Shown here piece after piece: positions 1 through 8,927 of a stretch of DNA of 64,000 nucleotides. Within the stretch, counting starts at the first letter, position 1. Each line of letters starts with the position of its first letter. The notes under the pieces were generated by a model. The model worked only from the letters and a program-made list of their open reading frames with translations, made no database searches and was not told the origin of the DNA. The DNA comes from Patescibacteria group bacterium (GTDB taxonomy: Bacteria > Patescibacteriota > Minisyncoccia > Phycocordibacterales > PALSA-1337): the NCBI GenBank assembly GCA_038061795.1, contig JBBTYL010000002.1:105511-169510 (forward strand), given 5' to 3'. The position numbers and the translations under genes were made by a program.

Positions 1-218
1 ACCGATATGCTTAAGAAGGTACCGCTTACGATCACCAAAATCGAAGTCAAGCCGAGGAACATATTTGCGATTCCAGCCAAGATGTTGTTTATGAATGATG
101 TTGATGCTCCCTCAAGCAGCGCCGTAACCCCCGCCTGTGCGATTTGCGGCACTATAACCCCCCCTACCGTAATAAGGATCAAGACAGTTGTGAGTATTTT
201 GATAGGGGTATTTTTCAT
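1..218 (-). CDS. Small hydrophobic signal-peptide/membrane protein, N-terminal part only (gene runs off the left edge)
   Basis: Hand translation of the minus strand from the ATG at 218-216 stays open to position 3: MKNTPIKILTTVLILITVGGVIVPQIAQAGVTALLEGASTSFINNILAGIANMFLGLTSILVIVSGTFLSIS. It has a signal-like N-terminus ending AQA followed by a second hydrophobic span. The ATG lies 7 nt after the stop (226-228) of the upstream minus-strand gene, so it is probably in the same operon. It is absent from the ORF track because it is truncated. Confidence 0.45.
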   Translation of the reverse strand, partial: MKNTPIKILTTVLILITVGGVIVPQIAQAGVTALLEGASTSFINNILAGIANMFLGLTSILVIVSGTFLSIS

Positions 219-225
219 GTTTCAA

Positions 226-1842
226 TTATCGGCCGTTTGAGGAATTCTTTTTTGGTGGCGGGAAGGCTTGGCACTGCTGATAGAATGTCGATGCCTGTGT
301 TCGGACTGTAGCCGTGTTTGCTAGAAGGCTGTTGTAATCATCAAGTGCTTTCTGCACGTTCCTCTCGTCAAGCTTGTCCCCATTGCTAGGATCACTCAGC
401 TTCCTAAAGACTTCAGCAGCTTCATTGACATCCTGCAAGCTTTTGGCGTTGTCGGCTTTTTCTTTTGCGCTGAATATTTCCGCGTATTTTATTTGTGCTT
501 CCCGGGCGCCAGCCTCCACGGCGGTATAGACATTGTAAAAGCCTGTGCCAGGAGCTGTTGTTGATTGGATCTTGAGTATTTCCGATTGAGCCATTGCAAC
601 TTCGTCTGGATCAAGCGGCGGCTGGCTGTTCTGTATTTTACCAACATAGCAAGCTTCCGCTGAGTCGAAGGTCGCTTTTGTCGAGGCCATCACTTCAAGC
701 GAGCTGTTCCTATTGTCCATGAACCTTTTTGCAAGGCTGAGGTATGATTCGATATCATCAGAAATCCTTGATCCTATGTCACCGGCTTTCTTTGTGTTCT
801 GCAGGTCATCTACAACGCTGTCTAGATAAGAGCCGCCAGAATAAGAGTCCTTCTTGCTGACCGCCGCGAGGCCCTTTTGGAGTACTTGTGTCGCAAGTTG
901 TGCAAACAGTGCATTGACTATTTCACCAATCTCATCAGCAAGTCCAAGCTTTTCAATAGGTATGTTGAGCTGCTTCTCCAAGGAATTGGCGATAGTTGAA
1001 CCAGGGGTTGAGACAGGACAAATGCTTTTATCCTTTATTGCACTTCCGCTGACTACGAATTTTTCGGTTAGAGGGTCATACGTGCCGCCATCAATAGGTG
1101 TGTCAGAAGTTTCTGATACACCCTTGCAATCCCTCCATGAAAGGAACCCTTTTCCTTGTGAGATTTCACTTTGCTGTTGTCCCTGCTTGTTGGCAACACG
1201 GAAAGAAAGGTCGCTGTCTGCCTGGAGATATGCTCCAAAGACGTTATTTTGCGGTTCGGTGGTGAGAGATACGAAAGCTGGCCACCCGCCCTGTTTGAAG
1301 TCTCCAGCAGTGAAACCGTTGATTGATGCGTTTTCAATAGCGTTTCTTGAATTACTTATGATTGTGCCGAGTGTACAAGCATATCTTTTCTGAAGATTTG
1401 GGCGGTATTTGAACGAAAGTGCAATGCGAATGTCAATGCTGAATGGAGAACATAATTCAGCAAGATCTCCCTTTATGAACTGCCCTGTCGCTTGGTCCGC
1501 TATGTCAAGAAAGAAAGCTCCCGGATTCTGCACAAAGGACGGACTACCATTGAAGCCGCTATTTATCCAATTGACGATCGAACGGGTGATTTCCTGCAGA
1601 ACCATTTCGGCCAGACCGCTTATGAGTGGGTCAAGTATGTACTCTTTGTATTCGTTTGAATAATCAAAAGCCGCGCTCGCAAATTGCGATACCCCATTCA
1701 GAACATTCGTCGCAAGGTTTGGAAGATCGAAAACAGCCCACTGCGCTTCGGTTTTTTTCGGATAAGCTGAAAATGAGGTTGAAAAAGCAATGAGGACGAT
1801 GAGGGTGCCGACAGCAAAATTTTTAACTTTGTTATTTTTCAT
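226..1842 (-). CDS. Secreted/membrane-anchored protein of unknown function (about 538 aa)
   Basis: Long ORF. I prefer the ATG at 1842 (MKNNKVKNFAVGTLIVLIAFSTSFSAYP, a signal or anchor sequence), which lies 4 nt after the upstream stop. The track start at 1890 would overlap the upstream gene by 44 nt. I recognise no catalytic motif. Several Cys pairs and Gly/Asn/Gln-rich segments suggest an extracellular protein. Confidence 0.7.
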   Translation of the reverse strand: MKNNKVKNFAVGTLIVLIAFSTSFSAYPKKTEAQWAVFDLPNLATNVLNGVSQFASAAFDYSNEYKEYILDPLISGLAEMVLQEITRSIVNWINSGFNGSPSFVQNPGAFFLDIADQATGQFIKGDLAELCSPFSIDIRIALSFKYRPNLQKRYACTLGTIISNSRNAIENASINGFTAGDFKQGGWPAFVSLTTEPQNNVFGAYLQADSDLSFRVANKQGQQQSEISQGKGFLSWRDCKGVSETSDTPIDGGTYDPLTEKFVVSGSAIKDKSICPVSTPGSTIANSLEKQLNIPIEKLGLADEIGEIVNALFAQLATQVLQKGLAAVSKKDSYSGGSYLDSVVDDLQNTKKAGDIGSRISDDIESYLSLAKRFMDNRNSSLEVMASTKATFDSAEACYVGKIQNSQPPLDPDEVAMAQSEILKIQSTTAPGTGFYNVYTAVEAGAREAQIKYAEIFSAKEKADNAKSLQDVNEAAEVFRKLSDPSNGDKLDERNVQKALDDYNSLLANTATVRTQASTFYQQCQAFPPPKKNSSNGR

Positions 1843-1846
1843 AAGA

Positions 1847-2749
1847 TCATTTAGGATAGACGAAATAAAAGGCCGGATCCGTCTCTGCATACGTTATGCC
1901 CAAGTAAATCAAATAGCTCTGTACGGCTCTCAACGCGTCGAAGAATCCCTTCTCAATTATAGGCCATTGCCCGGCAGCCTCTATGCCAGCCAAAGGATCG
2001 ATTGTTGCCTTCCTGAATGATTGCATCATGAAAAGTACAGAGTTTATGGCATTTACGAGATCTAAATGAAGGACTTCCATGGATTTCGGAGTCTCAATCT
2101 TAAGAAGCCCATTCACGATATTCTTGTAGCTCTCAATGACAGGATCAAGTTCTTTGAGAATGTCTGGGTTGCCCTTTTGCAAAGCATCTTTGACGATAAG
2201 TCCCTCATTTCTCGATCCAACGACGTATTTTTTAAAAACTGCCGTCATTTCGTTGCCGTATTGCTTTACCGCTTCTTTACTGCTATCGGTTTTTATCTTG
2301 ATCTCCGATATCAGATAGGGCTTTGCTTGCGTTGGGGGTATGGAATCAATCGTTTTCTGTATCAAATCCTGCTGGTTGTATTTGTCACCTGAAATGCCAA
2401 GCTGCCTTAGTTCCATGTAACGCGCAAAGAACTCTCGGCTCAAAGCGTCTATCGGTTCGATTTTTTCAGCAGTTTTTTGCGTCAAGTCCTTGATTATTGA
2501 GGCTGAAGGTGTGCGATTCTCCTTGCTTTTTGGGTCTTTAGGATTCGTCCCGATAAGAATTTCTTCCCAATCCTTCATCCCGTCCCCATCTGTGTCGAGG
2601 TCTTGGGCTGATCTGTCTATCGAATTTACAACCTCTGGTGCGACATAGACATTTTCAGCGTTTTTGTTCCTATATTCGGCGAACACAAAACTTCCTCCAA
2701 CGAGAAGGATTGCGATAAAAATGAACACGATGTTTTTGCCTATTTTCAC
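1847..2749 (-). CDS. Membrane-anchored protein of unknown function with a DxDxDG calcium-binding-like motif
   Basis: N-terminal transmembrane segment (IVFIFIAILLVGGSFVFA). Contains DLDTDGDGMKDWEEILIGTNPKDPKS, which resembles a thrombospondin type-3/EF-hand-like DxDxDG loop. The remainder looks helical and matches nothing I recognise. Confidence 0.7.
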   Translation of the reverse strand: MKIGKNIVFIFIAILLVGGSFVFAEYRNKNAENVYVAPEVVNSIDRSAQDLDTDGDGMKDWEEILIGTNPKDPKSKENRTPSASIIKDLTQKTAEKIEPIDALSREFFARYMELRQLGISGDKYNQQDLIQKTIDSIPPTQAKPYLISEIKIKTDSSKEAVKQYGNEMTAVFKKYVVGSRNEGLIVKDALQKGNPDILKELDPVIESYKNIVNGLLKIETPKSMEVLHLDLVNAINSVLFMMQSFRKATIDPLAGIEAAGQWPIIEKGFFDALRAVQSYLIYLGITYAETDPAFYFVYPK

Positions 2750-2783
2750 AGGTGGCAGTATTTTGGATACTGTGAAAATTATA

Positions 2784-3575
2784 TCAAGATACCAAGCTAT
2801 CTCCTACGATTTTTTTCCACACTTCAAGGCTTATATTCTCTGCACGGAGGTCTTTTGGCAATTTCTCCTTTTCCCAGATGGTCTCGAGCGCCCCTTTGGG
2901 TATTTTTTGCTCTAAATTTCTGATGACAACCTTTCTTTTATGAGCAAACCCCGCTTTCAAAACCTCAAAGAAGTATTTTTCGTCAATCTTCTCGAAAAAT
3001 GATTTGGAAATGTGCTGGATCATAAGCACCGCAGAGTCTACGTTTGGCATGGGACGGAAGAATTTGCGAGGGACTGAGCAAATATACTTCGGCTCTCCAT
3101 AAGCCTTAACTGAAATGGAGAGGATGCTTTCTTTCGCATCCACTACCCTCTTCGCGACCTCCTTCTGTACCATGACGACTATTTTTTGTGGAGGATTGTT
3201 TGATTCGAGAAATTTTCTCAAGAATTCCCCTGTGATGTAGTATGGGATGTTTGCGATGAGGACATAGTTGGCTTTTAATTTTTCATGGGCTGTCTCATCG
3301 AACTCAAGGATGTCGCCATGGATGATTTCAAGCTGCTGGTTTTTTATTTCAGCAAAAAACTTTTCTTGTAGGAAAGGGATTGCCCGATCATCCTTTTCGA
3401 TCGCGATTACGCGTGCCCCAGTCTCGAGCAATTTTGAAGTCAAAGCTCCCTTCCCTGGCCCGACCTCAAGCACGATGCTTTCTTTTGAAATTTCTCCAGC
3501 ATGTATCATCGTGGAAATCACCTGCGGCGCATGCAGGAAATTCTGTCCCAATGATTTTTTTGCTACGAAGCTCAT
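2784..3575 (-). CDS. rsmA: 16S rRNA (adenine1518/1519-N6)-dimethyltransferase
   Basis: KsgA/RsmA motifs SLGQNFL and the SAM-binding EVGPGKGALT. 263 aa is the expected length. Lies 5 nt downstream of pcrA on the same strand. Confidence 0.9.
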   Translation of the reverse strand: MSFVAKKSLGQNFLHAPQVISTMIHAGEISKESIVLEVGPGKGALTSKLLETGARVIAIEKDDRAIPFLQEKFFAEIKNQQLEIIHGDILEFDETAHEKLKANYVLIANIPYYITGEFLRKFLESNNPPQKIVVMVQKEVAKRVVDAKESILSISVKAYGEPKYICSVPRKFFRPMPNVDSAVLMIQHISKSFFEKIDEKYFFEVLKAGFAHKRKVVIRNLEQKIPKGALETIWEKEKLPKDLRAENISLEVWKKIVGDSLVS

Positions 3576-3580
3576 GATAT

Positions 3581-5524
3581 TTAAAAATCTATGAAGATAG
3601 CCTTTACTCCACGAGGAGCTTCTTCATCACCCTTTGATTCTATATGCTCATCGCCGATATCGGAAATGAAATTCGATGGAGCATTGACCTTCTGCGCGCC
3701 ATAGATCGTTCGAAGCTGAGCATAGCTCAAGAAAACTTTTTTTCTCGCGCGAGTGATAGCGACATAGAAGAGCCTCCTCTCTTCTTCCGACTGCGATTCG
3801 CTTTTATTTTCTTCACCCATTCTTTGGTGAGGAAACAAATCTTCTTCGAGTCCAGCGATGAAGACATAATCGAATTCGAGTCCTTTCGATGCATGCACCG
3901 TCATGAGCTTAACAGCGTTATTATCTTTTTCAAGTTCATCTTGATCAGTCGCTAGGGCGGCGTTTTCAAGAAGTTTTTCTATGGCTTCACCTGTTGGAAG
4001 CGCATCGTATTGCGAAGCTACGGAGACCAATTCCCTAAGGTTTTCAAGCTTTTCTTGCTCTTCTGGACCACCATTCCTATACACGGTTTCCATTCCGGTT
4101 TCCTTGATGATGAACTTAATGAGCGTCGAAGGATTTTCTTTCATTGAGACTGCTTTAATCCTTTCAAGGAGGTGGAGAAATTGTTCGACCTTGTTCCTCA
4201 ATGAGGGGCCGAGGGTTTTTTCTTGGCCAGTGATTACCTTTAGCATAGTCGCTTTTCCTATTCCGCGAGGCGGAACATTCACGATTCGAACCATGTCATT
4301 CGTACTTTCTCTGTTGAGCGAAGCCTTTATGAATGAAAGCACATCCTTCACCTCTTTTCTCTCAAAGAATTTTACGCCGAGCACCTGATACGGGATATTC
4401 TTATTCAAGAAAGCCTCTTCAAGGACTCGTGATTGGAAATTTGCTCGATACAAGACTGCAATTTCCCGCGCATTCGTTCCTTCAGAAATAAGCTTTCGCG
4501 CTTCATCGGCGACCATTCTCGCCTCCTCGTGTTCCGTATATGAAATAAGAAGCTCGATCTTTTCTCCCTCAGAATTTTTCGTGAAAAGATTCTTTTCACG
4601 GCGCATGAGATTTTTTTTGATGACGTTATTTGCCGCTGCAAGTATCGTCTGAGTTGAGCGATAATTTTCTTCAAGCGTAATGACTTTAGCTTCAGGATAT
4701 TCTTTTTCGAAATTCAAAATATTTTCTATGTCAGCGCCTCTCCATGAATATATATTCTGGTCCACATCGCCCACGACACAGATGTTCCTGTGTGCTTCAG
4801 CGAGTAGTGAAGCAATCTCATACTGAACCTTGTTCGTATCTTGATACTCATCGATGTGTATATAATTCCAAATTCTACTATAGTGTTTCTTTACCTCAGG
4901 ATGCATTTTAAGGATCATTGATGTTTTTAGCAGAAGATCGTCAAAATCGAGCGATTTCTCTTTCGCAAGCGTCGTTTCATACTTTTCCCAGACTTGTGCC
5001 ACTATTTTCTGAAAATATTCCTTCTGACTGTTCTTGTAAGTTGCCAAAGTGACCCCGTCCCCTTTCTCGCGGGAGATCACATTGAGGATCGTCCCCGGCT
5101 CATATTGCTTCGGATCAAGAGAGAGTTCCTCCAAAGCATCTTTTATCGCCCTTTTTGAGTCTCCTCTATCATAAATCGTAAAATGCCTAGTAATTCCCAA
5201 CAAAGCGCTATTTTCTTTGATTATATGGACACCTAGGGCGTGAAAAGTGCTGACGAAGGGTCTTTCGTTGAAAGAAATGGGAATATTAAGGGTTTTGTCG
5301 GTCTCGATAAGGTGAAAGACACGCTCTCGCATTTCCTTTGCGGCTTTGTTGGTGAAAGTTATTGCTAATATCTTCGATGGTTGCACGCCTTGCTTGATCA
5401 GGTTCAGTATCCTGTGCGTTATTGTTTTAGTCTTCCCAGCCCCAGCTCCAGCAATGATAAGAAGCGGGCCTTTTAGGGTTTCTACGGCTTCTTTCTGGCG
5501 AATATTTAGGCTGCTTTCATGCAT
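3581..5524 (-). CDS. pcrA: ATP-dependent DNA helicase, UvrD/PcrA family
   Basis: Walker A AGAGAGKTKT, DEYQDT (motif II), VGDVDQNIYSWRGA, and TVHASKGLEF near the C-terminus. Start moved from the track's GTG at 5551 to the ATG at 5524 (MHESSLNIRQKEAV), which lies 7 nt after TGGTATAGT (5540-5532, minus strand). Confidence 0.9.
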   Translation of the reverse strand: MHESSLNIRQKEAVETLKGPLLIIAGAGAGKTKTITHRILNLIKQGVQPSKILAITFTNKAAKEMRERVFHLIETDKTLNIPISFNERPFVSTFHALGVHIIKENSALLGITRHFTIYDRGDSKRAIKDALEELSLDPKQYEPGTILNVISREKGDGVTLATYKNSQKEYFQKIVAQVWEKYETTLAKEKSLDFDDLLLKTSMILKMHPEVKKHYSRIWNYIHIDEYQDTNKVQYEIASLLAEAHRNICVVGDVDQNIYSWRGADIENILNFEKEYPEAKVITLEENYRSTQTILAAANNVIKKNLMRREKNLFTKNSEGEKIELLISYTEHEEARMVADEARKLISEGTNAREIAVLYRANFQSRVLEEAFLNKNIPYQVLGVKFFERKEVKDVLSFIKASLNRESTNDMVRIVNVPPRGIGKATMLKVITGQEKTLGPSLRNKVEQFLHLLERIKAVSMKENPSTLIKFIIKETGMETVYRNGGPEEQEKLENLRELVSVASQYDALPTGEAIEKLLENAALATDQDELEKDNNAVKLMTVHASKGLEFDYVFIAGLEEDLFPHQRMGEENKSESQSEEERRLFYVAITRARKKVFLSYAQLRTIYGAQKVNAPSNFISDIGDEHIESKGDEEAPRGVKAIFIDF

Positions 5525-5812
5525 GAAGACAACTATACCACAGAGCCTCACACACCGCAGAAAATCATATATTATTACACAATGAAACTAATATATTTTC
5601 AATAGGTTTTATTGACAGAAATCACTATTTTAGTTGTAAAAATCTTTTCCACAAAGGCTATTGACTTATCAAACCCGCTCGGATAGGCTTGATAGGTACC
5701 TCAAAAATAGATGTATAAAAATGGCTTAACAAAGCCTTCTTCTGAAATTTCAGGTTCGCTGACCCCGCCAGTTATGGCGGCCGAATGATATTGCCGAAAG
5801 ACTATTTGTGTT

Positions 5813-6919
5813 ATGAAATATTTATCTCTTTCAGCCAAAAATAAAATAGCTTTTTTCAAAGCCCTTTCTACAAAAGGTTCATTTTTTGTTGCGACGATTA
5901 TGGCGTTGGTTTTAATGCCAGCATCACATCCAAGGACCGCCCACGCTGGTCTTTTTTCTTTCATTTCCGACCTGACTAGCGACAAGGCATCAGCGAAGAC
6001 GCTTGAAGTTCCTGTTGAATTAAACTCGCAGAATATGGCCTTGCTCCAGGCGGCCGTCAATGTGGACCCCAATCCTAATAAGTCTGACTCATATGACCCG
6101 ATAGTGGTCGACAATTCCTTTGTCGCTCAAATCGGCCCACAAGGTACAGCTTCTGATGTTGAAGATAGGATTTCGACCGAAATCAGCCTTTATACCGTCC
6201 GATCTGGCGATACCCTTTCAAAAATAGCTGAAATGTTCGGTGTTTCAGTGAACACCATCATTTGGGCAAATGAACTTGGCAAGAACCCAGTCATTAGAGA
6301 AGGCCAGATGCTCGTTATCCTCCCAATTTCAGGAATTAAATATACAGTCAGCAGAGGCGATACGATTCGCGGAATCGTATCGAAGTACAAAGCTAATCTA
6401 GAAGAAGTTCTTGAATACAATGATTTGACTCTCGCATCGATTCTTGGGATAGGAGATGTCATTGTCATTCCAGACGCTGAACCTACGATTACGGATGTTC
6501 CAAGGATCATCGCCGCAAGAACCACCGTGTCGACCACAAACGTAGTTCATGATGCCAACGGGCCTTTCTACCCAGGATACTATATTCGTCCGATAGATGG
6601 CGGAAAGAAATCTCAGGGTTTGCACGGATATAACGCCATCGATCTCGCTGCCCCAGTTGGTACAGCCATACATGCAGCCGCTGCTGGTACAGTTATCGCA
6701 AGCATGACGAATGGAGGATGGAATGGTGGCTATGGAAATTATGTAATCATATCTCACAAGAACGGAACCCAAACCCTGTATGCTCATAATCAGAAGAATT
6801 TCGTCAGTGTCGGAGATGCCGTTGAACAGGGGCAATTGATTGCAAAGATCGGGATGACGGGAAAATCAACAGGTCCGCACGTTCATTTCGAGATTCGAGG
6901 AGCAAAGAATCCTTTCTAG
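5813..6919 (+). CDS. Secreted peptidoglycan hydrolase: two LysM domains plus an M23 (LytM-type) metallopeptidase
   Basis: Signal or anchor sequence. Two LysM repeats (YTVRSGDTLSKIAEMFGVSVNTIIWANEL and YTVSRGDTIRGIVSKYKANLEEVLEYNDL). M23 signature HxxxD-like GYNAIDLAAP and the C-terminal GPHVHFEIR. Confidence 0.85.
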   Translation: MKYLSLSAKNKIAFFKALSTKGSFFVATIMALVLMPASHPRTAHAGLFSFISDLTSDKASAKTLEVPVELNSQNMALLQAAVNVDPNPNKSDSYDPIVVDNSFVAQIGPQGTASDVEDRISTEISLYTVRSGDTLSKIAEMFGVSVNTIIWANELGKNPVIREGQMLVILPISGIKYTVSRGDTIRGIVSKYKANLEEVLEYNDLTLASILGIGDVIVIPDAEPTITDVPRIIAARTTVSTTNVVHDANGPFYPGYYIRPIDGGKKSQGLHGYNAIDLAAPVGTAIHAAAAGTVIASMTNGGWNGGYGNYVIISHKNGTQTLYAHNQKNFVSVGDAVEQGQLIAKIGMTGKSTGPHVHFEIRGAKNPF

Positions 6920-6929
6920 CCATCAGCTG

Positions 6930-8459
6930 TCAGAAATTTTTCTGCCGATATTGCAAGGCTTCTAATATATGATTTTTTGTAATTTTATCTGATCCCTCCA
7001 GGTCAGCGATGGTTTGTGAAAGCTTGATGATTCTATGATATGCGCGAGCAGACAGACCGAGTCGCTCGGCTGAATTTTTTAACAGATTCCGCGTATCTTT
7101 TTCGAGGGTGATGCTCTTTTCAATGTCTGAAACACCCATCTCGCTGTTGTATTTTTTGTGCTTGATTCCAAGCCTGCCGAATCTTTTCTTCTGAACCGAC
7201 CTGGCCTTTGCTACCCTTTTTCTTATAGAGCCGGAGCCTTCCGCGTGAGTTGAGGCGTCTGCTAAAGCATCATACTCGATTTTTGAAACGGAGACCCACA
7301 TATCTATTCGATCAATTATCGGTCCAGATATCTTCTTGTTGTAATTGCTGATATCTCTATCGCTGCAAGTACAGCCTCTTTCTTTTCCATAACCGCACGG
7401 GCAGGGATTCATAGAAATGACCATGATGCATTGGGCTGGAAATGTTAGAGAGCCTTTTGCCCGTGAAATGGTAATCAATCTGTCTTCAAGCGGCTGTCGC
7501 AAGGCCTCTATGACCTTTTTGTCAAATTCAGGAAATTCATCAAGGAATAGGACTCCCCTGTGTGCCAGGGTTATTTCTCCTGGCCTCGGAAACGGACCTC
7601 CGCCGACAAGCGATGCGTAAGATGATGTATGGTGTGGCGAGCGGAAAGGCGGCTCTGTAATGAACGGCTTTTCGAGTGTTTTAGCAATGGAATGAATTCC
7701 TGTAACCTCAAGCACTTCTTCATGATCGAGCGGAGGGAGGATTCCTTGGAAGGCTTTTGCCAGCATTGTTTTGCCAGTTCCTGGCGGACCGTACATGCCG
7801 ATATTGTGCCCGCCAGCAGCGGCGATTTCCAAAGCCCTTTTTGCGTTTTCTTGTCCGCGTATGACGCTAAAGTCATTTTGAGGCATAGCGGCTCGCTCCT
7901 TGATTTTTGTTACGGATTGTTTTTTGATCTTCTGGTCTTCTGTCCCGGCAAGATGCCGTAGCACCTGGTTGAGGTTTTGAGCTGCGAAGATGTTTGCGCC
8001 CCTTACCAGCCCCGCCTCCTCGGCGTTTTCAATCGGCACGAAGATTTCTCTGAAGCCATGCCGCTGGGCTCCGCGCACCAGTGGCAGAATGCCGCTTACT
8101 TTCCTGATGTTGCCCTCAAGAGATAGTTCTCCTAGAAAGATCTTTTTTTCAGAATCAAAACAGATATCCCCGCTTGCCGAAAGGTATGCCAATGCCATTC
8201 CCAAGTCAAAAGAAGGCCCTTCCTTGCGTATGTCTGCCGGCGCAAGCGATATTACTACTTTTTGATTTTTCTGTTTCGGGGAGACGTAACCGCTATTTTT
8301 TATTGCTGCTGAAATCCGATCGCGTGCCTCATCCACTGCCTTATCGCCGAGTCCCACAATGGAAAAGGCATGGAGGCCATTGGAGAGATCGACCTCTATT
8401 GTGATGATGTGGGTATCCAACCCCGAAAGCTGCGCACTGAATATTCTTGATATGCTCAT
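6930..8459 (-). CDS. comM: Mg-chelatase-like AAA+ protein YifB/ComM
   Basis: N-terminal Lon-protease-like domain, Walker A GPPGTGKTMLAK, GVLFLDEFPEF (Walker B), and a C-terminal ChlI-like tail. TATAGT (8471-8466, minus strand) lies 6 nt upstream of the ATG. Confidence 0.9.
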   Translation of the reverse strand: MSISRIFSAQLSGLDTHIITIEVDLSNGLHAFSIVGLGDKAVDEARDRISAAIKNSGYVSPKQKNQKVVISLAPADIRKEGPSFDLGMALAYLSASGDICFDSEKKIFLGELSLEGNIRKVSGILPLVRGAQRHGFREIFVPIENAEEAGLVRGANIFAAQNLNQVLRHLAGTEDQKIKKQSVTKIKERAAMPQNDFSVIRGQENAKRALEIAAAGGHNIGMYGPPGTGKTMLAKAFQGILPPLDHEEVLEVTGIHSIAKTLEKPFITEPPFRSPHHTSSYASLVGGGPFPRPGEITLAHRGVLFLDEFPEFDKKVIEALRQPLEDRLITISRAKGSLTFPAQCIMVISMNPCPCGYGKERGCTCSDRDISNYNKKISGPIIDRIDMWVSVSKIEYDALADASTHAEGSGSIRKRVAKARSVQKKRFGRLGIKHKKYNSEMGVSDIEKSITLEKDTRNLLKNSAERLGLSARAYHRIIKLSQTIADLEGSDKITKNHILEALQYRQKNF

Positions 8460-8544
8460 GGATCTACTATACTTGAATGAAATGAAGAAATAATGAAAAA
8501 ACCCCCACAGAGGGAGCTTTTTCGCGTCACATTAAAATTTAACC

Positions 8545-8916
8545 TTATTTTGCTGCATTCATATGCTTGATCGAATTCCTTGCGGATGGATTTGCTTCAA
8601 GCCGCTCCCGCTCGATAGGCTCGCCTGACACCTCGCAAATTCCATATGACCCGCTATCAATCCTTTGAAGCGCCGCTTTCACTTCATTTAACTGCGGCTC
8701 AAGTTGCTGAAGTATTGCTTTATTTTCTTCCAATTCTTCCATCTTGTCAGCGACCTCGTTTTCGTCGGCGCTATCGACCTCTATTTTTCCTGATGTCGCG
8801 TCCCAATCCTCAGGGTTATCTGGATTGACCTTTCCTATGCTTGCCAATTCTTCTTCAAGAAGAGCTTTCTCTTTTAGTAATTTATCCTTGAAATACTGCG
8901 TGTCTTTCTTGTTCAT
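8545..8916 (-). CDS. DksA/TraR-family protein with a degenerate zinc finger
   Basis: Acidic coiled-coil N-terminus. C-terminal YGICEVSGEPIERERLEANPSARNSIKH aligns with the CxxC-(17)-CxxC DksA finger (..RL.A.P.A..C..C), but only the first Cys is kept. Confidence 0.65.
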   Translation of the reverse strand: MNKKDTQYFKDKLLKEKALLEEELASIGKVNPDNPEDWDATSGKIEVDSADENEVADKMEELEENKAILQQLEPQLNEVKAALQRIDSGSYGICEVSGEPIERERLEANPSARNSIKHMNAAK

Positions 8917-8927
8917 ATGGCTTAATA

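Noticed and set aside
7-240. 77-aa plus-strand ORF at the left edge
   Set aside because: It is the mirror of a better minus-strand reading frame (ATG at 218). That frame encodes a signal peptide plus hydrophobic helix and is spaced 7 nt from the upstream operon gene.
854-1393. Numerous 60-200-aa ORFs antisense to long genes (for example 854..1393, 3981..4388, 10073..10669, 11127..11599, 16110..16676, 24340..24765, 33245..33670, 62052..62582)
   Set aside because: Each lies entirely inside a well-supported gene on the other strand and gives low-complexity or Ser/Arg-rich products. These are typical shadow ORFs.
5701-6114. 137-aa minus-strand ORF overlapping the start of the LysM/M23 gene
   Set aside because: It overlaps the signal-peptide region of a confidently identified gene and has no motif. 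The 260-bp pcrA/M23 spacer is better explained as divergent promoters.
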